A stretch of 64,000 nucleotides of DNA, taken from positions 206,516 to 270,515 of the forward strand of contig CAVUCC010000001.1 of NCBI GenBank assembly GCA_963739885.1, given 5' to 3'. The notes under the pieces are model-generated. The model made no database searches. It was given only the letters and a program-made list of their open reading frames with translations, and was not told where the DNA came from. The stretch is from an uncultured Chloroflexia bacterium. GTDB taxonomy: Bacteria > Chloroflexota > Limnocylindria > Limnocylindrales > CSP1-4. Shown here in pieces: positions 49,638 to 60,021 of this stretch. Within the stretch, counting starts at the first letter, position 1. Every line of letters starts with the position of its first letter. The translations under genes were made by a program, and so were the position numbers.

Positions 49638-50756
49638 TCAGGCAGCCTCGATCCAGCCGCGGCCGCGGGTGACCCGGCGCACCTCGAGGTCGTCGGTGAG
49701 CTCCACCAGATGCGCCCGTCGTCCCACGGCGATCCGGCCCCGATCCGTCTCGCCCAGCAGGGCCGCCGGGTTGGCAGACGCCGCCGCCACCGCCGCCTCG
49801 AGCGACGTTCCTTCCCGGACGAGGTTGCGAACCGCCGTGTCGAGCGCGATCACCGAGCCCGCCAGGGTCGTCGTCCCGAGCAGTGTGGCGCGCCCGTCGC
49901 GCACCTCGACCTCGAGCCCGCCCACGATCGTGCGACCATCGCCCATGCCGGCCAGCGGCAGGGCGTCGCTGACCAGGAGCAGCCGGTCGGCGGGCTTGGT
50001 CCGGGTGATGATCGGCCACAGCGCCGGATGCACGTGGTTGCCGTCCGCGATCAGCTCCACGTAGGCGTCGTCATCGGTCAGCGCGGCGACCGCGAGCCCG
50101 GGGGCCCGATGGTCGACCCCGGTCATCGCGTTGAACACGTGAGTGGTGGTCAGGCCGCCGGCGGCGTAGCCGGCACGAGCCTCCTCGAGCGTCGCCGCGG
50201 AGTGGCCCATCGAGGCCGCGATCCCGCGGGCTGCCAGGCGGCGCACCAGGTCGAGCGCCCCGGGCAGCTCGGGCGCGATCGTCATCACCCGCAGCCCCTC
50301 GAGCAGCGGCTCGATGGCCGCGTCGCCCAGGTCAGCCGGCGCGCGGAGCAGGGCCGGGTCGTGCGCGCCCTTGCGGGCGGGCGCCAGGAACGGGCCCTCG
50401 AGATTGAACCCCAGCGGCTCCGCGCCGTCGGATGGGGCAACCGGGATCCAGCCGCGCACGCGATCGGCGAACCGGGGCAGGTCGGCTTCCGACAGCGAGG
50501 GGGCGGTCGGCAGGAACGACGTCACGCCCCGGCGGAGCAGCGCGCGGGCCATCCCCGACAGCGCCGCGGCGTCACCGGTGGCGGAGTGGCCGCCCCAGCC
50601 GTGGACGTGGACGTCGATGAACCCGGCAGCGATCAGTGGTCCACGGGCGGCCGTGGCATCCGGCTCGACCACCGAGATCCGGCCGTCCTCGATCTCGATC
50701 CGGCCGGGCACGACCCCGCGGGCCAGCACCAGCCGGCCGGCAATGAGCTCAGCCAC
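49638..50756 (-). CDS. nagA: N-acetylglucosamine-6-phosphate deacetylase
   Basis: GFIDVHVHGWGG and the NagA amidohydrolase fold. 372 aa. Confidence 0.8.
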   Translation of the reverse strand: MAELIAGRLVLARGVVPGRIEIEDGRISVVEPDATAARGPLIAAGFIDVHVHGWGGHSATGDAAALSGMARALLRRGVTSFLPTAPSLSEADLPRFADRVRGWIPVAPSDGAEPLGFNLEGPFLAPARKGAHDPALLRAPADLGDAAIEPLLEGLRVMTIAPELPGALDLVRRLAARGIAASMGHSAATLEEARAGYAAGGLTTTHVFNAMTGVDHRAPGLAVAALTDDDAYVELIADGNHVHPALWPIITRTKPADRLLLVSDALPLAGMGDGRTIVGGLEVEVRDGRATLLGTTTLAGSVIALDTAVRNLVREGTSLEAAVAAASANPAALLGETDRGRIAVGRRAHLVELTDDLEVRRVTRGRGWIEAA

Positions 50757-51903
50757 GGCCGGCCTCGCGGAGCGCCTGCCACATCGCGATCACATTCTCG
50801 GGCGGCACGTTGGGCTGGATGTTGTGGACCGCCGCGAACACGAAGCCCCCGCCCGGCGCGAGATCGGCCACGCGCCGGCGCACCTCGGCCCGCACCTCAT
50901 CGGGCGTCCCGGAGCCCAGCATCCGCTGTGTGTCCACGCCGCCACCCCAGAACACGAGGTCGCGACCGAACTCGCGCTTGAGCGCCGCCGTGTCCATCCC
51001 TGCCGCCGAGACTTGCACGGGGTTCAGGATATCAACGCCGATCTCGATCAGGTCTGGGATCAGGTCGCGGACGGCGCCGCACGTGTGGAAGAAGACCCTG
51101 GCATCGGTGTGCGCATGGAGGAACGCGAACAGCTCCCGGTGGAGCGGCTTGACCAGCTCGCGATACATCCGCGGTGAGAACAGGGTTCGGTCCTGGCCCC
51201 CCAGATCGTCCGCCTCGCCCACCACGTCGACGAACCCGCCAACGAGCGGCAGGGCCCGCGACCAGTACTCGAGCTTGACCTCGAGGATGCGCTCCATCAC
51301 GCGGCGAGCGAGCGCCGGGTCCCCGGCCAGGTCGAGATAGCCGTTCTCGAACCCGCGCAGCTTGAACAGGCCCTCGGTGAGACCGCCGCAGATCGAGCCC
51401 AGCTGGACCGCGCGGCCCTCCTCGGTCGCGTAGCGACGGGCCGCCTCGGCCATGCCGTCGTATCGCCCGGCGTCCGCGGCATCCGGCCAGGCGAACGCAT
51501 CCACCGCCGCCAGGTCGATGTCCCCCGCGAGCGGCGGCGCAAACGAGTCGTAGTACAGGCCGCCGTCGAGCGGCATCTGGCGGCCGACGCCCCACTCGTC
51601 GGTGTACGTCCGGTGCTCGCCGTCGTCCCGGAACTCGCGCCGGTAGGTGGTCGGGCCGCGGGGCGTCACGCCGCGGACGTCGGCGCCCAGCACGTCGAGC
51701 ACGTCGAGCTCGACGTCGGCCAGCTGCTGGGTAAGGTCGGCGACCCGAGGCTCGCGCCGGTCGAGGCCGAGCGCCGGTCGGAGCGGCTCGTACGCCCGGA
51801 TGTGGATGCCGGTGACCCGTGTGCCGCCGAGGTCCAGAGGGATCCGGTCGGGCTCGCGGTGATCGAGCGCGGCCCGGACGCGATCGCGTGAGCTCATCGA
51901 CAT
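50749..51903 (-). CDS. uroporphyrinogen decarboxylase (URO-D)-like family protein
   Basis: RIPLDLGGT N-terminal motif and URO-D/MtaA-like fold. Confidence 0.65.
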   Translation of the reverse strand: MSMSSRDRVRAALDHREPDRIPLDLGGTRVTGIHIRAYEPLRPALGLDRREPRVADLTQQLADVELDVLDVLGADVRGVTPRGPTTYRREFRDDGEHRTYTDEWGVGRQMPLDGGLYYDSFAPPLAGDIDLAAVDAFAWPDAADAGRYDGMAEAARRYATEEGRAVQLGSICGGLTEGLFKLRGFENGYLDLAGDPALARRVMERILEVKLEYWSRALPLVGGFVDVVGEADDLGGQDRTLFSPRMYRELVKPLHRELFAFLHAHTDARVFFHTCGAVRDLIPDLIEIGVDILNPVQVSAAGMDTAALKREFGRDLVFWGGGVDTQRMLGSGTPDEVRAEVRRRVADLAPGGGFVFAAVHNIQPNVPPENVIAMWQALREAGRG

Positions 51904-51967
51904 CGATGGGCCGGCGGATCCGCCCGCGGCGGCTGGTGTGCTCACCCCGGTCACGCGTCCGCCGGCA

Positions 51968-52849
51968 TCAATAGCCCACCGAGGGCATGTACGCGCCCTC
52001 GGGCTCCTGGTACAGCCCGATGGTCATCATGTTGAGCACGAAGAACACCCGCAGGCCCCGGTCGAGGCACCACCGGAACAGGTCGTTGTTCGCGAGCGGC
52101 ACCAGGAACCCCGGCGTACCGAAGTCCCGAGCCTCGCAGATCAGGGCCCGCATGTCGTCGTTGGTCTCGGCCACCGAGTGGGCGAAGTAGTTGATCTTCG
52201 TCGTATAGCCGGTGATCCGGCCCAGCCGCTCGACGACCCGAGCATCGCCGGTCTCGATCGCCTCGTGCAGCTCACCGTCCCGGGTGTGGCCGTGGATCCG
52301 GAGGCACAGGGAGTTGCAGGCGTACTCGTCATCGACCGTCGCCGGTCGCACTTCGTAGCCCGGGATCGACTGCCGGATCGGCGTCCCGTGCATCGCCGCG
52401 AACGACCCGCGGACCTCCATGCCCAGCTTGGCGTACAGGCTGAGCGACCGGTTGTGATAGGCGATCTGGAGCAGCCGGACGCCCGGTGCCCGCCGTGCGT
52501 GCGCCCGTTCGAGCACCGCGTCCATGAGCAGCCGCCCGACGTGCTGGTCCTGGACGGAAGGGTCGACGCTGATCGGCCCGACCGCCGAGATGACACCCCG
52601 CTCGTCGAGGAAGTTCGACCCGACCACCCGGCCGTCGAGCTCGGCCACGACGCTGTGGATGCGCGGGTGGTTGATCAGCCACCGGATCGGCTGGGAGGCC
52701 GCCTCGACCGTCGGGAAGTCGTGGGGGAAGCCGTGCTCGTCGGCGAGCGTGGCGAACGCCTCGTAGCAGATCCTCCCGGCCACCTGCCAGTCGCCGTCCA
52801 CCGCTTCGCGAACGACGACCCCGACCCCCTGCCGGACCAGCGTGTGCAT
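51968..52849 (-). CDS. GNAT-family N-acetyltransferase with a C-terminal extension
   Basis: GNAT motif A region (VDPSVQDQHVGRLLMDAV). Confidence 0.6.
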   Translation of the reverse strand: MHTLVRQGVGVVVREAVDGDWQVAGRICYEAFATLADEHGFPHDFPTVEAASQPIRWLINHPRIHSVVAELDGRVVGSNFLDERGVISAVGPISVDPSVQDQHVGRLLMDAVLERAHARRAPGVRLLQIAYHNRSLSLYAKLGMEVRGSFAAMHGTPIRQSIPGYEVRPATVDDEYACNSLCLRIHGHTRDGELHEAIETGDARVVERLGRITGYTTKINYFAHSVAETNDDMRALICEARDFGTPGFLVPLANNDLFRWCLDRGLRVFFVLNMMTIGLYQEPEGAYMPSVGY

Positions 52850-52858
52850 CCCTTCCTC

Positions 52859-53758
52859 CTAACCGGCCGCGACCGGAACCGGATCGCCGCCGGTGGGCGT
52901 GTAGTAGCGGCGGTACTCGGCCGGCGACACCGCGCACGACCGGTAGAAGACCTTGTAGAACTGGTGGAGATTGGTGTAGCTCACGGCGCGCGCGATCTCG
53001 GCGACCGACAGGTCCGTGCCCAGCAGCAGCCGCTTGGCCTCGGACACCCGGACCTGGGTGACGTACTCCTTGAAGCTCACCCCGGTCACATCCTTGAACA
53101 CGTGCCGGACGCGGGACGGGCTGACGTGCACGAGGTCGGCCACGTCGTCGAGCGTGATGCTTTCGCGGCAGTGGCCGTCGACGTAGGCGAGCACGGGCCG
53201 GATCTGCTCGCGGCGATCGGCCGCCGCGCGCGCTGCGTCGGATGTCGTGCGAGCGCCCGGGCGGGCGTTGGCGAGGGCGAGCGCGAGACGAAGGGTGGCG
53301 TCGACGAGATGACGCTCGGCAGGGTCATGGCGGTCCCAGGTAGCTCGCAGCCGCCCGAGCACCTGGGCGATCTCGCCGGCCAGCGGAGACGACGCGCGGA
53401 TCCTGGGCGATGCGGTCCGCTCGTCGGCCCGAAACGGGGCGAGATATCCGAGGTCCAGCTCCCGGCAGCCGGGCCCCGCGATCAGCTCCGGCCGGAACAG
53501 GACCAGCAGCAGCCGGAGCGACCGGCCTGGGTCGGCCAGGGCCACGTGGGGCTGGCTGTTGTCGATGAAGAAGATGTCGCCCGCGTCCGCTGCCAGGGCC
53601 CGCCGCCCGAACATGAACGAGCCATGGCCCTCGAGGACGAGCGCGATCTCGAAATGGTCGTGCCAGTGCATCGGATCGCGGTCCCCGCGGGCTGTGTAGT
53701 CGAGCACCGCGAGCGGAAAGCCCGGGTCCATGTCCTGCTGCCAGACGTAGACGGCCAT
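52859..53758 (-). CDS. AraC-family transcriptional regulator with an N-terminal cupin sensor domain
   Basis: Cupin HWHDHFEI, and C-terminal AraC HTH motifs (AEIARAVSYTNLHQFYKVF). Confidence 0.8.
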   Translation of the reverse strand: MAVYVWQQDMDPGFPLAVLDYTARGDRDPMHWHDHFEIALVLEGHGSFMFGRRALAADAGDIFFIDNSQPHVALADPGRSLRLLLVLFRPELIAGPGCRELDLGYLAPFRADERTASPRIRASSPLAGEIAQVLGRLRATWDRHDPAERHLVDATLRLALALANARPGARTTSDAARAAADRREQIRPVLAYVDGHCRESITLDDVADLVHVSPSRVRHVFKDVTGVSFKEYVTQVRVSEAKRLLLGTDLSVAEIARAVSYTNLHQFYKVFYRSCAVSPAEYRRYYTPTGGDPVPVAAG

Positions 53759-53942
53759 GGATCCACCCTGCCAGCCGCGCAGCCGCATCGGACAGGGCCA
53801 CATGGAGCGTTTCGGGTGCGACGTCCGGGTCGGGCAGCCGCTTCTGCCACTTCATCGACCCGGTCTGGCATTGTCCCGCCGCCGGGCCGGGACCAGCATC
53901 GAGAGGTCGAGATCTGCACGTCACGCCAGGAGCAATCCGGTC

Positions 53943-56111
53943 ATGGCCTTCCCCACCCTGTTCAGTCCCCTCCAGCTCGGCTCGATCGAGCTCCCCAATC
54001 GCATCGTCCACGTGCCCACGGACATCAGCTCCTCGCACGCCGACGGTGAGGTCAGCGAGCGCGACATCCACCATCACGGCGACATCGCCCGCGGCGGGAC
54101 CGGGTTCATCATCGTGGGCGCCACCACGCCCGACATGAAGACCGGCCGACCGACGGTGACCTGCCTGGTGGCCGACGGCGACAACTACGTCCCGGGTCTC
54201 GCCCGGCTGGCCGAGTCGATGCACCGCTACGGGGCGAAGTGCGCCGTCCAGCTCCAGCACCCCGGGCGGCAATGCGCGATCCCGCGCTACAACACCCTGG
54301 GCGCGACCGATCGCGTGCTCAAGCTGCCGTGGTCGGCGGGGCACGAGATCATCTACGAGAACGCGGAAGAGAAGGGCAAGGAGATCCGCGAGGCGTCGAT
54401 CGCCGAGATCCTGGAGCTGGTCGATCTGTTCAGCGAGGCCGCCTGGCGTGTCAAGCAGGCAGGCTTCGACGCGGTCGAGCTCCACGCGGCGCATGGCTAC
54501 CTGCTGTCCGAGTTCATGAGCCCCTACCTCAACATGCGCACCGACCGGTTCGGTGGCTCGTTCGAGAACCGGATGCGCTTCCCGCTCGCGGTCATCGACT
54601 CGATCAAGAAGAAGTGCGGCCGGAACTACCCGATCCTGGTCCGCTACTCGTTCGAGGAGTGGTGCCCGGGCGGCCGCGACATGGAGGAGGGCCTCGAGAC
54701 GGCGCGGGTCCTGGAGCGCGCCGGCGTGGCCGCCCTCGACCTGTCGCAGGGCATGCAGGAGAGCCCGGGCGCCGGGTTCGACCCGATGCAGTACCCGCAG
54801 GGCTGGGCGACGTACGCGGCCGAGGCGACCAAGAAGATCGTGAAGATCCCGGTCATCACCTCGCATTCGCTCCGCGACCCCGAGTACTGCGAGCAGATCC
54901 TGGCCGAAGGCAAGACCGATCTCGTCGGCCTCGCCCGCCAGCTCCTGGCCGATCCCTACTGGCCCGTCAAGGCCAAGTACGGCAAGGTCCGCTCGATCCG
55001 CAAGTGCATCTCGTGCCTCGGCGGCTGCTGGCAGGAATCGCTGATGGCCAAGCACGAGATCCAGTGCTCGATCAACGCAGCCTGCGGCAACCCGGCCTAT
55101 GCCGACATGCAGCGGACGACAAGGCCGGTCAAGGTCGCGGTCGTCGGCGGCGGACCCGCCGGCATGGAGGCAGCGCGGATCGCCTCGGAGCGCGGGCATC
55201 TCGTCACCCTGTACGAGAAGGCTGGTGAGCTGGGCGGCGCGATGCTCTACGTGTGCATGGTGCCGGGCAAGGAGAAGATGCGCTGGTACCTGGACTGGAT
55301 CCGCGACCAGCTGCTCGACCTCAACGTCGACATCCGCCTCAACCACGCGCCGACCGTGGACGAGCTGCGCGGTTTCGACCTCGTCCTCAACGCCACCGGC
55401 GCCCGGTCGTACGTGCCTGAGGTCGTCGGCGACACGTCAACGGTCGTGCCGTTCGAGGAGGCCATGGCCTGCCCCAAGGTGGCCTGCGAGTGCCATCCGG
55501 GCGGGCGCAAGATGCACAAGCTGGGCGCGCGCGTCCTGCTGTGGGGCGACCACTACGCCGCCACCGACACGGCCGCCTGGCTGGCCGACATCGGCAAGCA
55601 GGTCACGATCGTGACCGAGAACCGCGAGTTCGCGGCGGAGACCGAGGTCATCCACCTCTACGTGCTGCGCAAGCGGTTCGAGCAGGGCGACGCCGAGGTC
55701 CTGAGCTCCCGGCCGTACAAGCATCCCGTCAACGTGATCACCTCGACCACCGTGGCCGAGATCCGCGAGGGTTCGGTGGTGCTCCAGGGCCAGGACTTCG
55801 GCCGGACCGAGCTCGAGGTCGACGACGTGGTGACCTGCCACGTGCGGCCCGAGCTGGGATTGTTCGAGGAGCTGCGCGCGGCCGGGGTCCACGTGCTCAA
55901 CGTCGGCGACTCGGTGCGGCCCCGGAACCTGTACCACGCGGTGAGAGAGGGCTCGGCGTTCGGGTTGGCCGTTGACGAGCACCTGCTGTTCAACCCCAAC
56001 GGCGCGATCCTCGACGACCTGCCGATGGACGTCCTGGCGCAGCTCACCCGCGAGGAGGGGCCGGCCTACACGACGAAGCGGATGATGGAGCTGATCGGCG
56101 CGACGGGCTGA
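53943..56111 (+). CDS. Old-Yellow-Enzyme-type NADH:flavin oxidoreductase fused to an FAD/NAD(P)-binding domain (2,4-dienoyl-CoA reductase-like)
   Basis: OYE TIM-barrel motifs (HAAHGYLLSEF), a CxxC...C Fe-S linker (CISCLGGCW) and a Rossmann domain (VAVVGGGPAGMEAA). Confidence 0.85.
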   Translation: MAFPTLFSPLQLGSIELPNRIVHVPTDISSSHADGEVSERDIHHHGDIARGGTGFIIVGATTPDMKTGRPTVTCLVADGDNYVPGLARLAESMHRYGAKCAVQLQHPGRQCAIPRYNTLGATDRVLKLPWSAGHEIIYENAEEKGKEIREASIAEILELVDLFSEAAWRVKQAGFDAVELHAAHGYLLSEFMSPYLNMRTDRFGGSFENRMRFPLAVIDSIKKKCGRNYPILVRYSFEEWCPGGRDMEEGLETARVLERAGVAALDLSQGMQESPGAGFDPMQYPQGWATYAAEATKKIVKIPVITSHSLRDPEYCEQILAEGKTDLVGLARQLLADPYWPVKAKYGKVRSIRKCISCLGGCWQESLMAKHEIQCSINAACGNPAYADMQRTTRPVKVAVVGGGPAGMEAARIASERGHLVTLYEKAGELGGAMLYVCMVPGKEKMRWYLDWIRDQLLDLNVDIRLNHAPTVDELRGFDLVLNATGARSYVPEVVGDTSTVVPFEEAMACPKVACECHPGGRKMHKLGARVLLWGDHYAATDTAAWLADIGKQVTIVTENREFAAETEVIHLYVLRKRFEQGDAEVLSSRPYKHPVNVITSTTVAEIREGSVVLQGQDFGRTELEVDDVVTCHVRPELGLFEELRAAGVHVLNVGDSVRPRNLYHAVREGSAFGLAVDEHLLFNPNGAILDDLPMDVLAQLTREEGPAYTTKRMMELIGATG

Positions 56112-56229
56112 CCTCGGCGGGCCGATCCGCACATGGCGGGGGCCGCGGCCAGCCTGATCATCGCCACACGTGGACAACCATCCGGCTCGTGCACGACCGC
56201 GTTTCGCCGCTCCGGGTCGACCGCCCCAC

Positions 56230-56958
56230 TCAGCCGGGGCCGGCCTCAACGTCGAACCGGACGTCGAGCGCGTAGCGGTTGCCCGGATAGCGGGATTCGG
56301 TCGCCTCGATCGATCGGCCGTGCGTGTCCGCGATGATCCGGCGTTCGACGAGCAGCGGGGCGTCCCGAGCGACGCCCAGCAGCCGCACGTCTTCGGGGGT
56401 CGCCGCCTCGGCGCGGATCGTGGCGTGGCCCCGCCGCAGGTGCAGGCCGGCGCGGGCCAGCGCCTCGTGCAGGGACCCGATCTCCAGGTCGGTCGACATC
56501 ACCACGTCGGCGGTGCCATGTACCAGGATCGCCGTCTCCACGGCGATCGGGACGCCGTCGGCCAGGCGAAGCCGTTGCAGCACGACCACCGGCTCCGTCG
56601 GCCGCAGTCCGAGCGACCCTGCCTCCGCCGCCGTGGAGGGGCGGATCTCGCGGGCGAGGAGCCTGGAGCTCGGGGTCCGGCCGAGGCGCCGCATCTCGTT
56701 GGAGAAGGCCATCAGCCGTTCGGCGAACCGGTGCGCCGGCGGCGCGACGGCGAACGTGCCCCGTCCCGGGATCCGTTGGACGAGGCCGTCCTCGGCGAGC
56801 CGCTGCATCGCGTTGCGCGCGGTCATCCTGCTGACCCCGAACTCGCGGCACAGCTCCTCGTCCGAGGGCAGCCGCTCACCCGGGTGCATGGTCCCGAGGC
56901 GAGCCCGCAACGCCAGCTCGATCTGGCGGTAGTGCGGCAGCCAGGCGGTCGCGGTCAT
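56230..56958 (-). CDS. GntR-family (HutC subfamily) transcriptional regulator
   Basis: HTH (LPSDEELCREFGVSRMTARNAMQRL) and a UTRA effector domain. Confidence 0.8.
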   Translation of the reverse strand: MTATAWLPHYRQIELALRARLGTMHPGERLPSDEELCREFGVSRMTARNAMQRLAEDGLVQRIPGRGTFAVAPPAHRFAERLMAFSNEMRRLGRTPSSRLLAREIRPSTAAEAGSLGLRPTEPVVVLQRLRLADGVPIAVETAILVHGTADVVMSTDLEIGSLHEALARAGLHLRRGHATIRAEAATPEDVRLLGVARDAPLLVERRIIADTHGRSIEATESRYPGNRYALDVRFDVEAGPG

Positions 56959-57007
56959 CGGAGGGGCCTCGTGCCGGCCGTGCCCGCCGGCAGCCAGGCG
57001 GTCGCGG

Positions 57008-57985
57008 TCATCCGACCGCCCCCGATTCCTTGGGCCCGGGCGCGAAGGCCCCGGCCTCGGCGGCTCGCTCGGCACCGTGCACGGCTGCGCCGATCGCCCC
57101 GGCCCACGTTCCCAGCTCCGCCCGAACGAGGGTGACCTCGTCGATCGAGGTCGTCGTCACGCGTCGCGCGATCTCGGCCCGGATCGGCTCGAACAGCAGG
57201 TCGCCGGCCGCGGCCACGCCACCACCAAGCACGATCCGATCGGGCGACAGGACCGTGATCATGTTCGAGATCCCGATCCCCAGGTAGCGTCCCACGTCAG
57301 CCAGCCCGGCCCGGGCGCGTGCATCGCCGGCCAGCGCCGCACGAACCGCCTCCTCGGCGGTCGAGGTTCCGCAGGCGGCCGCGATCTGGTCGGCCCGCGC
57401 ATACGCCTCCACGCAGCCGCGGTTGCCGCAGCCGCACCAGGGGCCATCCGGATCGATCGTCTGGTGGCCGAGCTCCCCCGCCGTGCCGTCGTGGCCCTGG
57501 ACGACGTGCCCGTCGACCGCGATGACCCCACCGACGCCCGTGCCGAGCGTGAGACCGACCATCGACGATGCCCCGCGCGCAGCGCCCAGCCGGAGCTCGG
57601 CGAGCCCGAACGCCCGGGCGTCGTTGATCAGGAACGCGGGCACCCCGGTCGCGCCGGCCACCGGATCGGCCACGGGGTGCCCGGCCCAGGGTCCGGGCAG
57701 GTTGACCAGGAACCGGGTGGTCCCTGCCACTGGGTCGTAGAGCCCGGGCACCCCGATCCCGAGGCTCAGCACCGGGCCCCATTCATCGATCGCGACCGCT
57801 GCGACCTCGGCCAGCTGCGCCACCACCGACGCGGGCACGGATGCCGGGTCGGAGACGAGGCGCGTCGGCACCTGGCCGTGGGCGACCGTCGCCCATTCGC
57901 CGTCACCATGGTCGACCACGGCCCACTTGAGGTTGGTCGCGCCCAAGTCGAGACCCAGGTGACGGGTCGCGGTTCCCTGCATCAT
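57008..57985 (-). CDS. ROK-family sugar kinase
   Basis: LGLDLGATNLKWAV ATPase motif and ROK zinc motif HQTIDPDGPWCGCGNRGCVE. Confidence 0.85.
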   Translation of the reverse strand: MMQGTATRHLGLDLGATNLKWAVVDHGDGEWATVAHGQVPTRLVSDPASVPASVVAQLAEVAAVAIDEWGPVLSLGIGVPGLYDPVAGTTRFLVNLPGPWAGHPVADPVAGATGVPAFLINDARAFGLAELRLGAARGASSMVGLTLGTGVGGVIAVDGHVVQGHDGTAGELGHQTIDPDGPWCGCGNRGCVEAYARADQIAAACGTSTAEEAVRAALAGDARARAGLADVGRYLGIGISNMITVLSPDRIVLGGGVAAAGDLLFEPIRAEIARRVTTTSIDEVTLVRAELGTWAGAIGAAVHGAERAAEAGAFAPGPKESGAVG

Positions 57986-58023
57986 CGCAGTCAACGCCCT
58001 CCCGTCCCGACCGCGAAGGCGGC

Positions 58024-59016
58024 TCAGGCCTCCGCCGTCACCCGCGTGTAGGCGGCCGCCACCGCGACGATGATCGAGCCGAACACGATCTGGCGCCACG
58101 GCTCGGGCAGGCCGAGGATGGTCAGCAGCGCGGTGAGCACGGTCAGGATCAGGGCACCCAGGATAGTGCCGGTGAACGTGCCGCGGCCGCCCAGGATCGA
58201 GGTCCCTCCGATGACGGCGGCGGCGACCGAGGGCAGCAGCTGCGACTGGACGAGGGTCACGCTGGCCGTGTTGCCCAGGCCGGAATAGAGCAGACCTGCG
58301 ACACCGGCCAGGACGGCCGAGATGACGTACAGCACGATCAGCACCTGCCAGGATCGCGCGCCGGACAGTCGCGCCGCGACCGGATTGTCGCCGATCGCGA
58401 ACAGCAGCCGCCCGTAGCCGCTGCGCCGGAGGCCGACCAGGATCAGCGCAGCGAGCGGGACGAACACGATCAGGCTGTACGGAACCACGTCCGCGAACAG
58501 GCCGACGCCCACATCCCGCAGCTCGGACGGCACACCGGAGCCGGTCTGCACCATCTGCAGCTGCCAGACGTTGGAGAAGCCGAGCACGACCAGGCCCATG
58601 CCCAGGGTCATGATCAGCGGGTGGACGCGGAAGACGGCGACGCCGACGCCGCTGATCAGGCCCGCGACCGCGGCGACCAGCAGCGCAGCAAGGATCGCCA
58701 GCGCGACACCACCCAGGGGTCCGACGAGCGTCGCGGTGACGAAGCCGGCCATCGACGCCACGTAGCCCACCGACAGGTCGATGCCGCCCGTCAGCATGGT
58801 CAGCGTCTGGCAGCCGGCGAGGATGGCGAGGGGGATCGTGGCCCTGGCGACGACGCCGATCCAGGACGGCCTGACCGTGCCCGGCTGGCCGATCTCGACG
58901 GCGAGGACCAGGATCAGCAGCAGCCCGGTGAGCGGGATGAGCGGATAGTCGCGCAGCAGGTTTCGCCACGCGCCGGGCGCGAGGCGGCGACCGGGGGCAT
59001 CCGCGGCGGCGCTCAT
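58024..59016 (-). CDS. ABC sugar transporter permease (RbsC/AraH-like)
   Basis: Ten-TM permease. ATGA overlap with the upstream permease. Confidence 0.8.
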   Translation of the reverse strand: MSAAADAPGRRLAPGAWRNLLRDYPLIPLTGLLLILVLAVEIGQPGTVRPSWIGVVARATIPLAILAGCQTLTMLTGGIDLSVGYVASMAGFVTATLVGPLGGVALAILAALLVAAVAGLISGVGVAVFRVHPLIMTLGMGLVVLGFSNVWQLQMVQTGSGVPSELRDVGVGLFADVVPYSLIVFVPLAALILVGLRRSGYGRLLFAIGDNPVAARLSGARSWQVLIVLYVISAVLAGVAGLLYSGLGNTASVTLVQSQLLPSVAAAVIGGTSILGGRGTFTGTILGALILTVLTALLTILGLPEPWRQIVFGSIIVAVAAAYTRVTAEA

Positions 59017-60021
59017 GTCCGGCTCCGGCGGATCTGGATCCAGCTGCCCACCATCAGCACTCCGATCAGGATGAAGCCCTGCGCCACGAGGGCCATGTTG
59101 GAGTTGATTCTTCAGGAAGGTCATGTCGGTCCGGATCAGCTGCAGCACGAGGACGGCGATGATCGGGCCGAGGACGCCGCCCACGCCGCCGGCCAGGCTG
59201 ACGCCACCCAGGACGACGGCGGCGATGCTGACCAGGGTGTAGGTCGGCTCCGGGACCGGCGTGCCGATCCCGGTGCTGGCGGTCAGGGACAACCCGCCCA
59301 GAGCGGCGAACAGACCGCCGAGGACGTACGAGATGACCTTCGTCCGGCCGACGGCCACGCCGCTCCGAAACGCGGCGAGCTGCCGGCTGCCGATAGCGTA
59401 GATCGACAGCCCCAGACGCGAGCGTGAGATAGGTATCCAGACCACGCCCACCACGATCAGCATCACGACTGCCGCCTTCGGGATCAGGTCGCTGCCGACG
59501 GAGCCGATCACGAGATCCTTGAGCCACGTCGCTGCGCCGCCGCCGGGCGACGGTCGCACGAGCAGCGCGAAGCCCGACCACACGAAGAAGGTGGCCAGCG
59601 TGACGACGATGTCCGGCACGCGTGTCAGCACCACGAGCGTGCCGTTGATCGCACCCAGCACCAGGCCCAGCAGGATGACGCCGATGACGACGGCGACGCC
59701 GAACGCCTCGCTCTGGCCCTTCATCAGCTCGGCCGACACGACGCTCGTGAGGGCCATCATCGAGGCGATCGAGAGGTCGATCCCGCCGGCGATGACGATG
59801 ATCGCCTGCGCAACGGCCGCCATGGCCAGCGGCACGACCGACACGGCCAGGTTCTGGATGCCCAGCGCGCCGTAGTTGGGCTGGATGAGCTTGGTGAACA
59901 ACAGCAGCGCGGCGAAGAATGCGAGCAGCCCCAGCGTCCAGCCGTTGCGCCGGGCGAGGGCGGCCAGCGTCTCGCGGGGCCGGACGCGCAGGGCGCCGGG
60001 GATCCCGGTCGTGACGCTCAT
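59013..60021 (-). pseudogene. ABC sugar transporter permease (RbsC-like), frameshift near 59110 close to the 3' end
   Basis: The body is in the frame of ORF 58024-60303. The real C-terminus (...NSNMALVAQGFILIGVLMVGSWIQIRRSRT*) is in another frame and ends in an ATGA overlap with the next permease. Confidence 0.7.
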